The notes beneath the pieces are model-generated. The model was not told the DNA's origin. It saw nothing but the letters and a program-made list of their open reading frames with translations, and did not search any database. A DNA stretch of 62,558 nt, filler included, from Syncephalis fuscata S228 (Eukaryota > Fungi > Zoopagomycota): the NCBI GenBank assembly GCA_025786725.1. It is 5 parts of 5 records of this genome, joined end to end, with 100 filler letters (N's around TTAATTAATTAA, not from the genome) between each part and the next. Parts side by side here need not be neighbours in the genome. Positions count along the whole stretch, not along the records: positions 1 to 10,468 come from JAHLTZ010000293.1; positions 10,569 to 25,981 come from JAHLTZ010000215.1; 3 more parts are not named here. One strand, written 5' to 3'. Positions 1 through 13,417 of the stretch are shown here, one piece after another. The stretch's first letter is position 1; every line of letters begins with the position of its first letter. The translations under genes and the position numbers were made by a program.

Positions 1-520
1 ACCATCAGTCCACCGTTCTGCCACCACCATTTCACCGTTCTGCCACCATCAGTCCCACTGTTCTGCCACCACCAGTCCACCGTTCTGCCACCATCAGTCC
101 ACCGTTCTGCCACCACCATTTCACCGTTCTGCCACCATCAGTCCACTGTTCTGCCACCACCATTTCACCGTTCTGCCACCATCAGTCCACCGTTCTGCCA
201 CCACCATTTCACCGTTCTGCCACCATCAGTCCACCGTTCTGCCACCACCATTTCACCGTTCTGCCACCATCAGTCCACCGTTCTGCCACCACCATTTCAC
301 CGTTCTGCCACCATCAGTCCACCGTTCTGCCACCACCATTTCACCGTTCTGCCACCACCATTTCACCGTTCTGCCACCACCATTTCACCGTTCTGCCACC
401 ATCAGTCCACCGTTCTGCCATCACCATTTCACCGTTCTGCCATCACCATTTCACCGTTCTGCCATCACCAGTCCACCGTTCTGCCACCACCATTTCACCA
501 TTTTGCCACCACCATTTTAC
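1..520 (-). repeat. 22-bp minisatellite, C-rich on the top strand (ACCACCATTTCACCGTTCTGCC / ACCATCAGTCCACCGTTCTGCC), about 23 units, cut by the window edge
   Basis: Tandem units visible directly. It is the reverse complement of the array at 8330-10187. Confidence 0.97.
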
Positions 521-854
521 CGTTGAACAATTGAACGGTTGAACCGTCGGACTCACTTCCACCACTTTTGACTCCACTCTCTTTTCATTCCTTTTAGTGA
601 ACATAAAATTAAAGTACCTGACATCTGGGTCCAAAATACCATCATCATAGATTTATTATCCAGTATGCATATATTTTTAATCCAACAATATCATTAAGAT
701 GTATCTTTACATCCTACTCTTAGTCAATGACAGGTTGAACACTTATATTTATTATGCATTTCAATCAGCTTCACTCAGTCCGCTCAGTGCGTTATAGCTT
801 TATTATAGTTATTTTTATTATTAATAACTGTTTATTACAAGTATTAACCATTTA

Positions 855-1560
855 ATGTGATTTGTGTCAAATGGCTACTTTTGATATTCGCGCAACTGGC
901 CTGCACATTTGTTCTATTGAACATGGGGACGGGTGGTGAGTTTTATTAACGATCAAATCATCACATTTGGTGTGATTTGGTGGTTAAATGGCTATTTTGA
1001 TTATTTACGCGTTTGAACTAAACATTCAACCTATTGAACATGGAGCTGGGTGGTGAGCGACATCAAAGTTTAAAACACTTGTCATTATAGATTTATTATC
1101 CAGTATGCATATATCTCTATCTACCTACACCACTCCCTTTTATTCCGCACTTCTATGTATCATTCTACGACATACTGGACACATTCTGTTCATTAAGCAC
1201 ACCAGCACACTCTACTCATTCCCTCCTTGCGTTATATGCACTATAGTTTGACATTGTTTTATATGTCATTTTACACTCGCCCATCTATGCTCAATCCAAA
1301 ACTGGTTTTATTTTTGTTCTAGCGTTATTATTAACAACTGTCGACTAATGTCGCTCATTGATCATGCATATATGCTCAGTAGCTATACCACTGCTGTCCA
1401 TACTTTTTACTTTGTATATTCGTTTTATTATCCAGTAAATACGCGCTAGCTATTACCGTTGTCTGTTTGGTTCTAGCACCATTATTAGAAAAGTTCACGC
1501 AAGTTGCTTATCTGCTCATGCATATATGCTCGATAGCTTTAACAAAGCTAGTTGTCTTTT
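855..1560 (+). mobile_element. Copy of a dispersed non-coding repeat family (TGTGATTTG...CTATTGAACA...TTATCCAGTATGCATAT), putative TIR/MITE end
   Basis: The same motif series recurs at ~3580-3930, 12250-12960, 13139-13258(-), 41340-41849(-) and 42251-42800. It has internal ~115-bp tandem subrepeats. Confidence 0.65.
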
Positions 1561-4500
1561 AACTAGCATAGCTGATAGCTGTTATGCTATTTTACCGTAC
1601 AGTTACTATGCGCCATCAATAACTACTGTCAGCTTGACGCCAGCTTTAATATTGACAAGTTTGACTCGTTCCGCTTAGTCATTCCTTCTCAAGGCGCACT
1701 ATAGCTTTAATGCTGCTACTCACACAATTACTTTTGGTATTTTATTTGCTCCATATTATTGTATGCTTAATGGCTATGCTTTATTTGCAGAAGCTATACG
1801 TTCCTTGTTAGCTGTTTGTTGCAAAATTTAGCTCTGAGCACTTCTTTTACTCTTTGCACACAAACGCGCAAGTAGAATAGCCTTCTTACACTGCTAGTGC
1901 TCTTTTTGCTGTTTTCCAGTGCTGATATGTTGCAATGGTATCGAACGGGCCAGCGATGAACTGGTATAAGCTATTATACCAAATAAAGCTTGTTATTACA
2001 AAATAGATATTCGCTATGGGTGTTATGTATACGAGCTTTAAAAGTGTCGTATAGCTTATTGCAGGGTAATCATGTATTGCGCTATAGCTACTTGAGCACA
2101 AGGACAAAGTGTACGTATATTTACCATGTGGCCGTAGACAGTGCTGGCTACTCTATTCGACACAGTTAAAAGCAATAATAAACTTGGCCAAAAACAATTT
2201 GCTTTAAAGATTTTATTAGATGGATTGCATTAGTATTCAACATATAAGCCATTGGTATTTACTGTAGCTACAAGCTTGAAACTGGTCCCATTTAGCTGCT
2301 TTGCGTGCCGCCTAAATGATCGGCATTGTTTGAAATAAAGCCATAGCTGGTATTGCCAAATAGACAGATTTACTTGCTATGCTACATGTAAAGTTTAGCA
2401 TAGATCATTTTTACGCTTAGTCGGTTAAGCCGTGTAATCTAGATTTAATCCATCAGCTTATTGCGTTGTAAAGAGCTTACCAATATTAATGTTCAGACAA
2501 TATAATGACAGTAATAAAGACTGTTTTGCAATAAGTGTACAAGAAAACACACGGTTTACTACATATTACACTAATAGTTACATGTACTGAAGATTCTACT
2601 GGAATGGTTGTAGCTGCTTATACGGAAGACTAAGAGCAATTGCGTAGTACATTGGTCATAGACGGTTTTAGACGACTCATGTTTTATTACGACATTTTCC
2701 ACAACTATCACAATACATAAGCTGGCTTTACCGCTCCTCCGAACCAACACTGCACCTTTATCTTCTCTTTCTACTCTTTACCACTCGATATACACTACAC
2801 TCATTCGCCCTTACTGCCATTTGTTGTCCAATATGCTTTGCACTTGCTAGCCGTCTAATGATTACAAGATCACTGCTGGTTGCTGCTATATGTACTAAGG
2901 TCGGTAAACGGGCGTGGGAGGTGCGATGCAGTTGTGCCTTTTGGCTATGAAGCACTGGATATGCAGTGTTCTAGAAGCTATATATCACGCAGTGTGTACC
3001 CCAGCATGCTGTAGAAGGCGCTTGTCTGCACATAGTTGATTGGTCTTTTGTATAGTAACATTGGTACGCTTACCGTGTGTTTGTTTGCGAGGTTGCCTTG
3101 CTGAGTATCTGGCTGTTGAGGCGACATAAGGTTTGCGCTTGAAGATATCTGATATCTGATGGTGCAGAGCAAATGTTGTTTGGACAACCACTACTTATTG
3201 CGGTGTAGTCAAGCAGCAAACATCATTGGCACATGTGGCTCATCTCGTTTACTGACCCTCTTCAATAGATATAGATTTAAGCGATATTTAGATTTGGCAA
3301 GAACAGGGCCACAATATGCTGTACAGTCATCCGGTTTGTACTAGTCTATCATTATTTATGTATTTCTTTGTTTAAATAAATAAATGTAGCATTTCTTATT
3401 TATTAACATACTACTATTAGTTGCGTTCATATAAATACAGACATCTTCCCATTTAATAATAGTACTAGTTGTTTCTGCTATTGTTATTACACTGATAATA
3501 AACAACCTATTAAGCCATTGAATGTGCTTTGAAGGCAAACGATTAAATTTGATGCATCCATGCAGTTGAGCTAGACAATTGCTCTGTTGAACATAATAAC
3601 GAGCGGTGAGTGAATCAAAGTTTAAAATATTTATTGGCATAGATGTATTATCCAGTACGCTTATATCCAACATTTACTTGTATCATTCGTCTATTATCGC
3701 ATACTATTATGTATTATTCTACAATACACTAGCCGCATTCTGGTTATTGTATGCGGCAATATACTTTGCTCATTACGCTATATACACTGTTTGACACTGC
3801 TTTTATGTTTTTTACCGTACATTTGCTATTCTACATATCATTTTATTATCGTCCATCCTTCATCTATCCAACCATATTTATTTTTGCACTAGCTTTATTA
3901 TTAATAAAATTAAACTATTTTGCTCATGCACATCCACGCTGTTTAACCTTCTGGTAGACAAACCAGCTGTTGTCAATTAGCAATGGCTTTGGTGCTGATC
4001 AACGGAACAATGCGTATTCACAGCAATGGCAAGGCCAACCGGAAATGGTGCAATGGTTGGCTCACAGCTTAAACCTTGGGTTTATCTCAACTTAGCTTTT
4101 GATGCTGTTATATATTCATATCAAAAAGTGGGACTGTTGGGAAGGTACTGAGCGATATACAGTGTGGACTGAGGCCAACATAAGTGAAATGGAGCAAGTA
4201 TGGTGTGCAGTGCACTATTACATAGACAAATACGTAGAAGCAACGCAGGGAAGCAAGTGATGCGTAAACTACGTAAAACTACGTAAAATAAACAAAATAC
4301 AGTAGCTGAAATACAAGTAATGACCTGCGAGGACCATACTAAGCGGCCCTTAGCTGAAATGGCTACAGTGGCTACAGTGGCTGCACTAGAATAGGCTGAA
4401 TTGATAGCTAATAGCCAATATACCATACACTGATCAATGCACTATCATAATAAACAAACTACATCAGTAAATAAACAAATTTATCTGTATACTTATTATT

Positions 4501-5086
4501 TATACCAATATTTAACCAATATTACTCTGATATGCATGTACAATTCTGGATAAAATACTAAGTATTTGCACATCTCATTTTATTGGCTTAGTATGGCCAT
4601 AATTGTCGTTTGAGTAGGCAGAATCAATTGGACTGCAGTATATTTTTAGTTAATTTACTGTTAATTTTCTAGTATGTCTAATTGTAACCGTGTAACATGG
4701 GCATTAGCAAAATGAGTGTAATAAGTGGCCAACTTTAAAGATAAAGCTAGGGTAAAATGGACAACGCCAATCGATGTAGTGTGGCCAATATACTGTATAA
4801 CAATATATAACAACACTCTATAAATATAAAGTATATAATATCTATGTCAAATCTACAGTACTAAAGCTACAGTGTACCAATATGGCCATTCAAGCGCCCG
4901 CACAAATGGTGTTAATGCTACAGCGCCTTTCCGATGCCAAAAGCGCTAAAACATAAAAGAGCACTTATTTAATAATAGATCTGGAATCAAAACAACAATG
5001 GCGTTGCATAGCTCTTATGCGTTATACAATAAACAGCATACAATTTAGTGAATGTACAGCGTAATAGTTGGGATGAGTGAGGTGTG

Positions 5087-8000
5087 TTGCCGCATACAAT
5101 AACCAGAATGCGGCTAGTGTATTGTAGAATAATACATAATAGTATGCGATAATAGACGAATGATACAAGTAAATGTTGGATATAAGCGTACTGGATAATA
5201 CATCTATGCCAATAAATATTTTAAACTTTGATTCACTCACCGCTCGTTATTATGTTCAACAGAGCAATTGTCTAGCTCAACTGCATGGATGCATCAAATT
5301 TAATCGTTTGCCTTCAAAGCACATTCAATGGCTTAATAGGTTGTTTATTATCAGTGTAATAACAATAGCAGAAACAACTAGTACTATTATTAAATGGGAA
5401 GATGTCTGTATTTATATGAACGCAACTAATAGTAGTATGTTAATAAATAAGAAATGCTACATTTATTTATTTAAACAAAGAAATACATAAATAATGATAG
5501 ACTAGTACAAACCGGATGGCTGTACAGCATATTGTGGCCCTGTTCTTGCCAAATCTAAATATCGCTTAAATCTATATCTATTGAAGAGGGTCAGTAAACG
5601 AGATGAGCCACATGTGCCAATGATGTTTGCTGCTTGACTACACCGCAATAAGTAGTGGTTGTCCAAACAACATTTGCTCTGCACCATCAGATATCAGATA
5701 TCTTCAAGCGCAAACCTTATGTCGTCTCAACAGCCAGATACTCAGCAAGGCAACCTCGCAAACAAACACACGGTAAGCGTACCAATGTTACTATACAAAA
5801 GACCAATCAACTATGTGCAGACAAGCGCCTTCTACAGCATGCTGGGGTACACACTGCGTGATATATAGCTTCTAGAACACTGCATATCCAGTGCTTCATA
5901 GCCAAAAGGCACAACTGCATCGCACCTCCCACGCCCGTTTACCGACCTTAGTACATATAGCAGCAACCAGCAGTGATCTTGTAATCATTAGACGGCTAGC
6001 AAGTGCAAAGCATATTGGACAGCAAATGGCAGTAAGGGCGAATGAGTGTAGCGTATATCGAGTGGTAAAGAGTAGAAAAAGAAGATAAAGGTGCAGTGTT
6101 GGTTCGGAGGAGCGGTAAAGCCAGCTTATGTATTGTGATAGTTGTGGAAAATGTCGTAATAAAACATGAGTCGTCTAAAACCGTCTATGACCAATGTACT
6201 ACGCAATTGCTCTTAGTCCTCTGTATAAGCAGCTACAACCATTTCAGTAGAATCTTCAGTACATGTAACTATTAGTGTAATATGTAGTAAACCGTGTGTT
6301 TTCTTGTACACTTATTGCAAAACAGTCTTTATTACTGTCATTATATTGTCTGAACATTAATATTGGTAAGCTCTTTACAACGCAATAAGCTGATGGATTA
6401 AATCTAGATTACACGGCTTAACCGACTAAGCGTAAAAATGATCTATGCTAAACTTTACATGTAGCATAGCAAGTAAATCTGTCTATTTGGCAATATCAGT
6501 TATGGCTTTATTTCAAACAATGCCGATCATTTAGGCGGCACGCAAAGCAGCTAAATGGGACCAGTTTCAAGCTTGTAGCTACAGTAAATACCAATGGCTT
6601 ATATGTTGAATACTAATGCAATCCATCTAATAAAATCTTTAAAGCAAATTGTTTTTGGCCAAGTTTATTATTGCTTTTAACTGTGTCGAATAGAGTAGCC
6701 AGCACTGTCTACGGCCACATGGTAAATATACGTACACTTTGTCCTTGTGCTCAAGTAGCTATAGCGCAATACATGATTACCCTGCAATAAGCTATACGAC
6801 ACTTTTAAAGCACGTATACATAACACCCATAGCGAATATCTATTTTGTAATAACAAGCTTTATTTGGTATAATAGCTTATACCAGTTCATCGCTGGCCCG
6901 TTCGATACCATTGCAACATATCAGCACTGGAAAACAGCAAAAAGAGCACTAGCAGTGTAAGAAGGCTATTCTACTTGCGCGTTTGTGTGCAAAGAGTAAA
7001 AGAAGTGCTCAGAGCTAAACTTTGCAACAAACAGCTAACAAGGAACGTATAGCTTCTGCAAATAAAGCATAGCCATTAAGCATACAATAATATGGAGCAA
7101 ATAAAATACCAAAAGTAATTGTGTGAGTAGCAGCATTAAAGCTATAGTGCGCCTTGAGAAGGAATGACTAAGCGGAACGAGTCAAACTTGTCAATATTAA
7201 AGCTGGCGTCAAGCTGACAGTAGTTATTGATGGCGCATAGTAACTGTACGGTAAAATAGCATAACAGCTATCAGCTATGCTAGTTAAAAGACAACTAGCT
7301 TTGTTAAAGCTATCGAGCATATATGCATGAGCAGATAAGCAACTTGCGTGAACTTTTCTAATAGTGGTGCTAGAACCAAACAGACAACGGTAATAGCTAG
7401 CGCGTATTTACTGGATAATAAAACGAATATACAAAGTAAAAAGTATGGACAGCAGTGGTATAGTTACTGAGCATATATGCATGATCAATGAGCGACATTA
7501 GTCGACAGTTGTTAATAATAACGCTAGAACAAAAATAAAACCAGTTTTGGATTGAGTATAGATGGGCGAGTGTAAAATGACATATAAACGATGTCAAACT
7601 ATAGCGCATATAACGCAAGGAGGGAATGAGTAGAGTGTGCTGGTGTGCTTAATGAACAGAATGTGTCCAGTATGTCGTAGAATGATACATAGAAGTGCGG
7701 AATAAAAGGGAGTGGTGTAGGTAGATAGAGATATATGCATACTGGATAATAAATCTATAATGACAAGTGTTTTAAACTTTGATGTCGCTCACCACCCAGC
7801 TCCATGTTCAATAGGTTGAATGTTTAGTTCAAACGCGTAAATAATCAAAATAGCCATTTAACCACCAAATCACACCAAATGTGATGATTTGATCGTTAAT
7901 AAAACTCACCACCCGTCCCCATGTTCAATAGAACAAATGTGCAGGCCAGTTGCGCGAATATCAAAAGTAGCCGTTTGACACAAATCACATTAAATGGTTA

Positions 8001-8845
8001 ATAATTGTAATAAACAGTTATTAATAATAAAAATAACTATAATAAAGCTATAACGCACTGAGCGGACTGAGTGAAGCTGATTGAAATGCATAATAAATAT
8101 AAGTGTTCAACCTGTCATTGACTAAGAGTAGGATGTAAAGATACATCTTAATGATATTGTTGGATTAAAAATATATGCATACTGGATAATAAATCTATGA
8201 TGATGGTATTTTGGACCCAGATGTCAGGTACTTTAATTTTATGTTCACTAAAAGGAATGAAAAGAGAGTGGAGTCAAAAGTGGTGGAAGTGAGTCCGACG
8301 GTTCAACCGTTCAATTGTTCAACGGTAAAATGGTGGTGGCAAAATGGTGAAATGGTGGTGGCAGAACGGTGGACTGGTGGTGGCAGAACGGTGGACTGGT
8401 GGTGGCAGAACGGTGAAATGGTGGTGGCAGAACGCTAAAATGGTGGTGGCAGAACGGTGGACTGGTGGTGGCAGAACGGTGGACTGATGGTGGCAGAACG
8501 GTGAAATGGTGGTGGCAGAACGGTGAAATGGTGGTGGCAGAACGCTAAAATGGTGGTGGCAGAATGCTAAAATGGTGGTGGCAGAACGGTGAAATGGTGG
8601 TGGCAGAACGGTGAAATGGTGGTGGCAGAACGCTAAAATGGTGGTGGCAGAACGGTGGACTGATGGTGGCAGAACGGTGAAATGGTGGTGGCAGAACGCT
8701 AAAATGGTGGTGGCAGAACGGTGGACTGGTGGTGGCAGAACGGTGGACTGATGGTGGCAGAACGGTGAAATGGTGGTGGCAGAACGGTGAAATGGTGGTG
8801 GCAGAACGGTGAAATGGTGGTGGCAGAACGGTGGACTGATGGTGG
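5087..8845. repeat. Right arm of the long inverted repeat (spacer 3760-5086)
   Basis: TTGCCGCATACAATAACCAG at 5087 is the reverse complement of CTGGTTATTGTATGCGGCAA ending at 3759. Identity continues into the minisatellite. Confidence 0.97.
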
Positions 8846-10187
8846 CAGAACGGTGAAATGGTGGTGGCAGAACGGTGGACTGGTGGTGGCAGAACGGTGA
8901 AATGGTGGTGGCAGAACGGTGAAATGGTGGTGGCAGAACGGTGGACTGATGGTGGCAGAACGCTAAAATGGTGGTGGCAGAACGGTGAAATGGTGGTGGC
9001 AGAACGGTGAAATGGTGGTGGCAGAACGCTAAAATGGTGGTGGCAGAACGGTGAAATGGTGGTGGCAGAACGGTGAAATGGTGGTGGCAGAACGGTGAAA
9101 TGGTGGTGGCAGAACGGTGAAATGGTGGTGGCAGAACGGTGGACTGATGGTGGCAGAACGGTGAAATGGTGGTGGCAGAACGGTGGACTGGTGGTGGCAG
9201 AACGGTGAAATGGTGGTGGCAGAACGGTGAAATGGTGGTGGCAGAACGGTGGACTGATGGTGGCAGAACGCTAAAATGGTGGTGGCAGAACGGTGAAATG
9301 GTGGTGGCAGAACGGTGAAATGGTGGTGGCAGAACGCTAAAATGGTGGTGGCAGAACGGTGGACTGGTGGTGGCAGAACGGTGGACTGATGGTGGCAGAA
9401 CGGTGAAATGGTGGTGGCAGAACGGTGAAATGGGGTGGCAGAACGGTGAAATGGTGGTGGCAGAACGGTGGACTGATGTGGCAGAACGGTGAAATGGTGG
9501 TGGCAGAACGGTGGACTGGTGGTGGCAGAACGGTGAAATGGTGGTGGCAGAACGGTGAAATGGTGGTGGCAGAACGGTGGACTGATGGTGGCAGAACGCT
9601 AAATGGTGGTGGCAGAACGGTGAAATGGTGGTGGCAGAACGGTGAAATGGTGGTGGCAGAACGGTGAAATGGTGGTGGCAGAACGGTGAAATGGTGGTGG
9701 CAGAACGGTGAAATGGTGGTGGCAGAACGCTAAAATGGTGGTGGCAGAACGGTGGACTGGTGGTGGCAGAACGGTGGACTGATGGTGGCAGAACGGTGAA
9801 ATGGTGGTGGCAGAACGGTGAAATGGTGGTGGCAGAACGGTGAAATGGTGATGGCAGAACGGTGAAATGGTGGTGGCAGAACGCTAAAATGGTGGTGGCA
9901 GAACGGTGAAATGGTGGTGGCAGAACGCTAAAATGGTGGTGGCAGAACGGTGGACTGATGGTGGCAGAATGGTGAAATGGTGGTGGCAGAACGGTGGACT
10001 GGTGGTGGCAGAACGGTGGACTGATGGTGGCAGAACGGTGAATGGTGGTGGCAGAACGGTGGACTGGTGGTGGCAGAACGGTGAAATGGTGGTGGCAGAA
10101 CGCTAAAATGGTGGTGGCAGAACGTGAAATGGTGGTGGCAGAACGCTAAAATGGTGGTGGCAGAACGGTGAAATGGTGGTGGCAGAA
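8330..10187 (+). repeat. 22-bp minisatellite, G-rich on the top strand (TGGTGGTGGCAGAACGGTGAAA and variants), about 84 units
   Basis: Near-constant core GGTGGCAGAACG plus four alternative 10-mers: GTGAAATGGT, GTGGACTGAT, GTGGACTGGT, CTAAAATGGT. Confidence 0.97.
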
Positions 10188-10468
10188 CAGCGGTATTCCA
10201 CCATCTCACCGTTTGCTAGTCCACCGTCCTGCCACTACCATTCTGCCATTCCGCATTCTGCCTTGACAGTCTCTGACTATCGACTATCAGTCTACATTTA
10301 AAGCATTTGCCGTTTCTTTGAAGCTACAGTAAGCATTGTTATGTTTATTAAATATGTATTATTGTGCGGACAAAGACGGTGTAGCACAAATAGCCATGTA
10401 CGCTTTTATAATCGCCTGTTACTATGGTAAGACAAACTGGCGCTGCTATGTAATAAATACTTGCTTAT

Positions 10469-10568
10469 NNNNNNNNNNNNNNNNNNNNNNNNNNNNNNNN
10501 NNNNNNNNNNNNTTAATTAATTAANNNNNNNNNNNNNNNNNNNNNNNNNNNNNNNNNNNNNNNNNNNN
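10469..10568. other. Artificial contig linker (N-run, TTAATTAATTAA, N-run)
   Basis: The same six-frame-stop linker occurs at four places in the window. Confidence 0.97.
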
Positions 10569-12236
10569 GCAATTGATGGTAGAGTTGAATTGGTCTACCA
10601 ATCCATACTACCCATGGATTATCTATTTTGCTATTATTGTTAGTATTACTATGTTCAAACCATAAAGGTGGCTCGTAATAAAGTTGTAGTAATTGCTCTT
10701 TAGCTGTTTCTACACGTGGAAAATAACAGATCTGATCACTTTGAGGACAAGGCTTTTTTTTGTTGCATAACGTTGTTTTGGCAGTGCTTTGATTATTGGT
10801 ACGCATATTTCCTTAATAAATTGTATTAGTATTTAGTATTAGCTAATTAGTTAGTTAATTACCGTATTATTGGTCGCTCCACTAAAGCACCAATGGATTT
10901 GATCATCTTTTGTTGGCTGATTAGATGATTTTGGCAGACAGCAATCGTTTGGTTCTAATATTGTCATTAGTTTATGACTTTTCAACTTTATCTATTACCT
11001 TTATACACTTTTCTTTATTCCAGCAGTATCCAGTGGTCAACGATGTTGATTCAAGTAATAAGTGTTGTGACCAACCATCAATACCATGTTCTAATGCAGT
11101 TTGGCCAATTTGAGTAATACGCGATCCTATTGGTAAAACTGAATACAGTGGAGATGTCTGTATAACATTAATCGGTGTTATTGGTATTGCTTATTAACTC
11201 ACTGTAGAAATGCTGGTGACTACTACGCCTGATGTTATCTGCTCCCATCCAAGCCATGGCCAGGGCAGATCAAGTAGACCAGTATATAGTAGTATGATAG
11301 CAATAGCAACTAGTATCATATTATGCCATACACCACCAAGCATAATGCGTAATTGTGTCAATGTAGATGCTCGATTCAAAGCATGGCTATCAACGCGTAC
11401 AAATGCTCCTGGATAAATAAACCAGAAAAATGCACCTATTTGATGAAGAGAAATACGCGCACTATTATTACGTATTAGTAGTAACCGCTGAATATCGATT
11501 ATGACTTTACATACTTGATAGCTGCCAGTGCATGTCCCATTTCATGCCAAAGACTTGCCACACCAATAGCCATAAACTGGAGTGGAAGATGAGTCCAGGG
11601 TAAATTGACACCAGGTATCTATTAATAAATAGTAAATATTATAACTAAGTTAGTTTATTAATGGTAACTCACAGTGGCTACTAATAAGGCTGGATGTTGG
11701 CCAGTATTGTTAGAATTAATGGCTTTATGTTCGAGTTGTTGTATTAAACGAGTAGCTGTTATAAAACATACAATAACAGCTGCTGGCATTAGTAGACTAC
11801 CTATAACTACGCCAATATTAAACCACCATAGCCATCCTTGGGCTTGACAGCTGCCACCGCGATGATCCACTCGAGGCGATGCCCAGCGATATAAAAAGCT
11901 TGGTAGCTTAGTAGTTTCCCATTGAATACGACACCAATCGACAAATAGCGTGGTAGTATTTTTTTGAGTTAGTGTATAGGTACTATGTGACTCTTCTTCA
12001 TCCGCTAATAGTAATTCAATAGCCTGGTTATCTGTATTCAAACGCATATCTTCATCTTCACTGGTCTATATTATTCATTAGTGTAGTCTATGTCATTCAT
12101 TTAACAAATAGCTTACATTCCTAGACCACCAACGGCGTTCGCCTGTCCATCGCGGTATCCATAGAATACGCACCATACTATGAATTACCAACCATAATAG
12201 CGTATAGCCGCCTAACCAAACTGTCCATGTACTCAT
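10569..12236 (-). CDS. MBTPS2: Site-2 protease (MBTPS2-like, peptidase M50), multi-exon, 3' end lost in the gap
   Basis: Spliced translation gives IPGVNLP, LWHEMGHALAA (HExxH), YPGAFV, LRIMLGGVWHN, SPLYSVLPIGSRIT (PDZ-like) and a Cys-rich insert. GT-AG introns. Confidence 0.88.
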
Positions 12237-12249
12237 GTTGTAACCATTT

Positions 12250-13258
12250 AATGTGATTTGGGTGTCAAATGATTAATTTAATAACATTCGCGCAATTAGA
12301 CTAGACAGTCGTTCTATTGAAGATGGAGACGGATGATGAAAAATATTAAATTATTAAATCATCACATTGTATTGTGATTTGGGGTCAAATGACAAAGTTT
12401 AGATGAAAGCTTAGTTTAAATGCGTGAATTACTATTGAACATAGAACTGAGTGGTAATGACATCAGTTATCAAATACTCATTATCATAGGTTTGTTATCC
12501 AGTATGCATATATTCAGTACACATATATCCTCTATTCATTTATATCACCTTCAATATGTCCCACACCATTATATATCATTCTATGGTATATTAGACACAT
12601 TTTGTTGTTTATATACTGCGATATACTTCACGCATTCCGTTCATTGCATTATACGCACTATAACTTTAACATCGTTTATATGCTTTCTTACCTAACATTT
12701 ATCATTCTATATATCATTCTATAATCGCCTAACCTTCCTTTATCCAAAACTGTTTTATTTTTGTTCTAGATTTATTATTAACAAATGTCGACTAATTCCG
12801 CTCATTGATCATGCATATATGCTCAATAACTATAACATTGCTAATCTTGTTCAATATCGCATATTCATTATAATGTTTATCATTTTATTATATATTGGCT
12901 ATACGCGGTCTACAGCCGTTGTCTATATGGCTCCAACTTTTTTATCAGTAAAATTAACTTATCACGCTTAGTTTGTTCACTGAGTTATATTGATAGAACA
13001 AATAATATGAATATAAACGGAGTTATGTTTTATTAAGATTATTTATAATAAACTAGATCATGTCAACTAGTCATGAATTTAATGTTAATCAAACAAAGTG
13101 ACGGGTATACATAGTAATAACACATACTGTGATGATATATGCATACTGGACAATAGACCTACAATGATGAGTATTTGATGGCTGATGTCACTCGCCACCC
13201 ATCATCATGTTCAATAAATTGGATGTTATTAAAAATAGTCATTTAATCCCAAATCATG
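12250..13258. mobile_element. ~1 kb putative non-autonomous TIR element: inward-facing copies of the dispersed repeat end (TGTGATTTGGG ... CCCAAATCA)
   Basis: 13139-13258 is the reverse complement of the motif series at ~12372-12510. No coding capacity. Confidence 0.55.
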
Positions 13259-13417
13259 TTAATAATAAATAAATAACTTAATATTAGCATAAAACTAATA
13301 TAAATAAAAATCATCGCGTTGTACTAATTTCAATATTTATTTTAATATATAAATATTGAATGACACAAATCATTACAAAATGTTGCCTGTAATTATTCCA
13401 TTAGCATATGTATCAAA

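Larger units (their letters stand above)
1..3759. repeat. Left arm of a long inverted repeat
   Basis: Position x pairs with ~8846-x. Mirror ORFs include 3356..3673(-)/5173..5490(+) and 1886..2107(-)/6739..6960(+). The arms differ only by scattered substitutions. Confidence 0.97.

Noticed and set aside
1886-6960. Short mirrored ORFs in the palindrome arms as genes or a transposase
   Set aside because: No recognisable domain, splice pattern or codon bias. Their duplication just reflects the inverted repeat.
8330-10187. CRISPR-like array (constant core plus variable linker) or Trp-rich repeat protein
   Set aside because: The linkers are four recurring variants rather than unique spacers, there are no cas genes, and the context is eukaryotic. 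A 22-bp period cycles through frames with frequent stops, so the ORFs are spurious.
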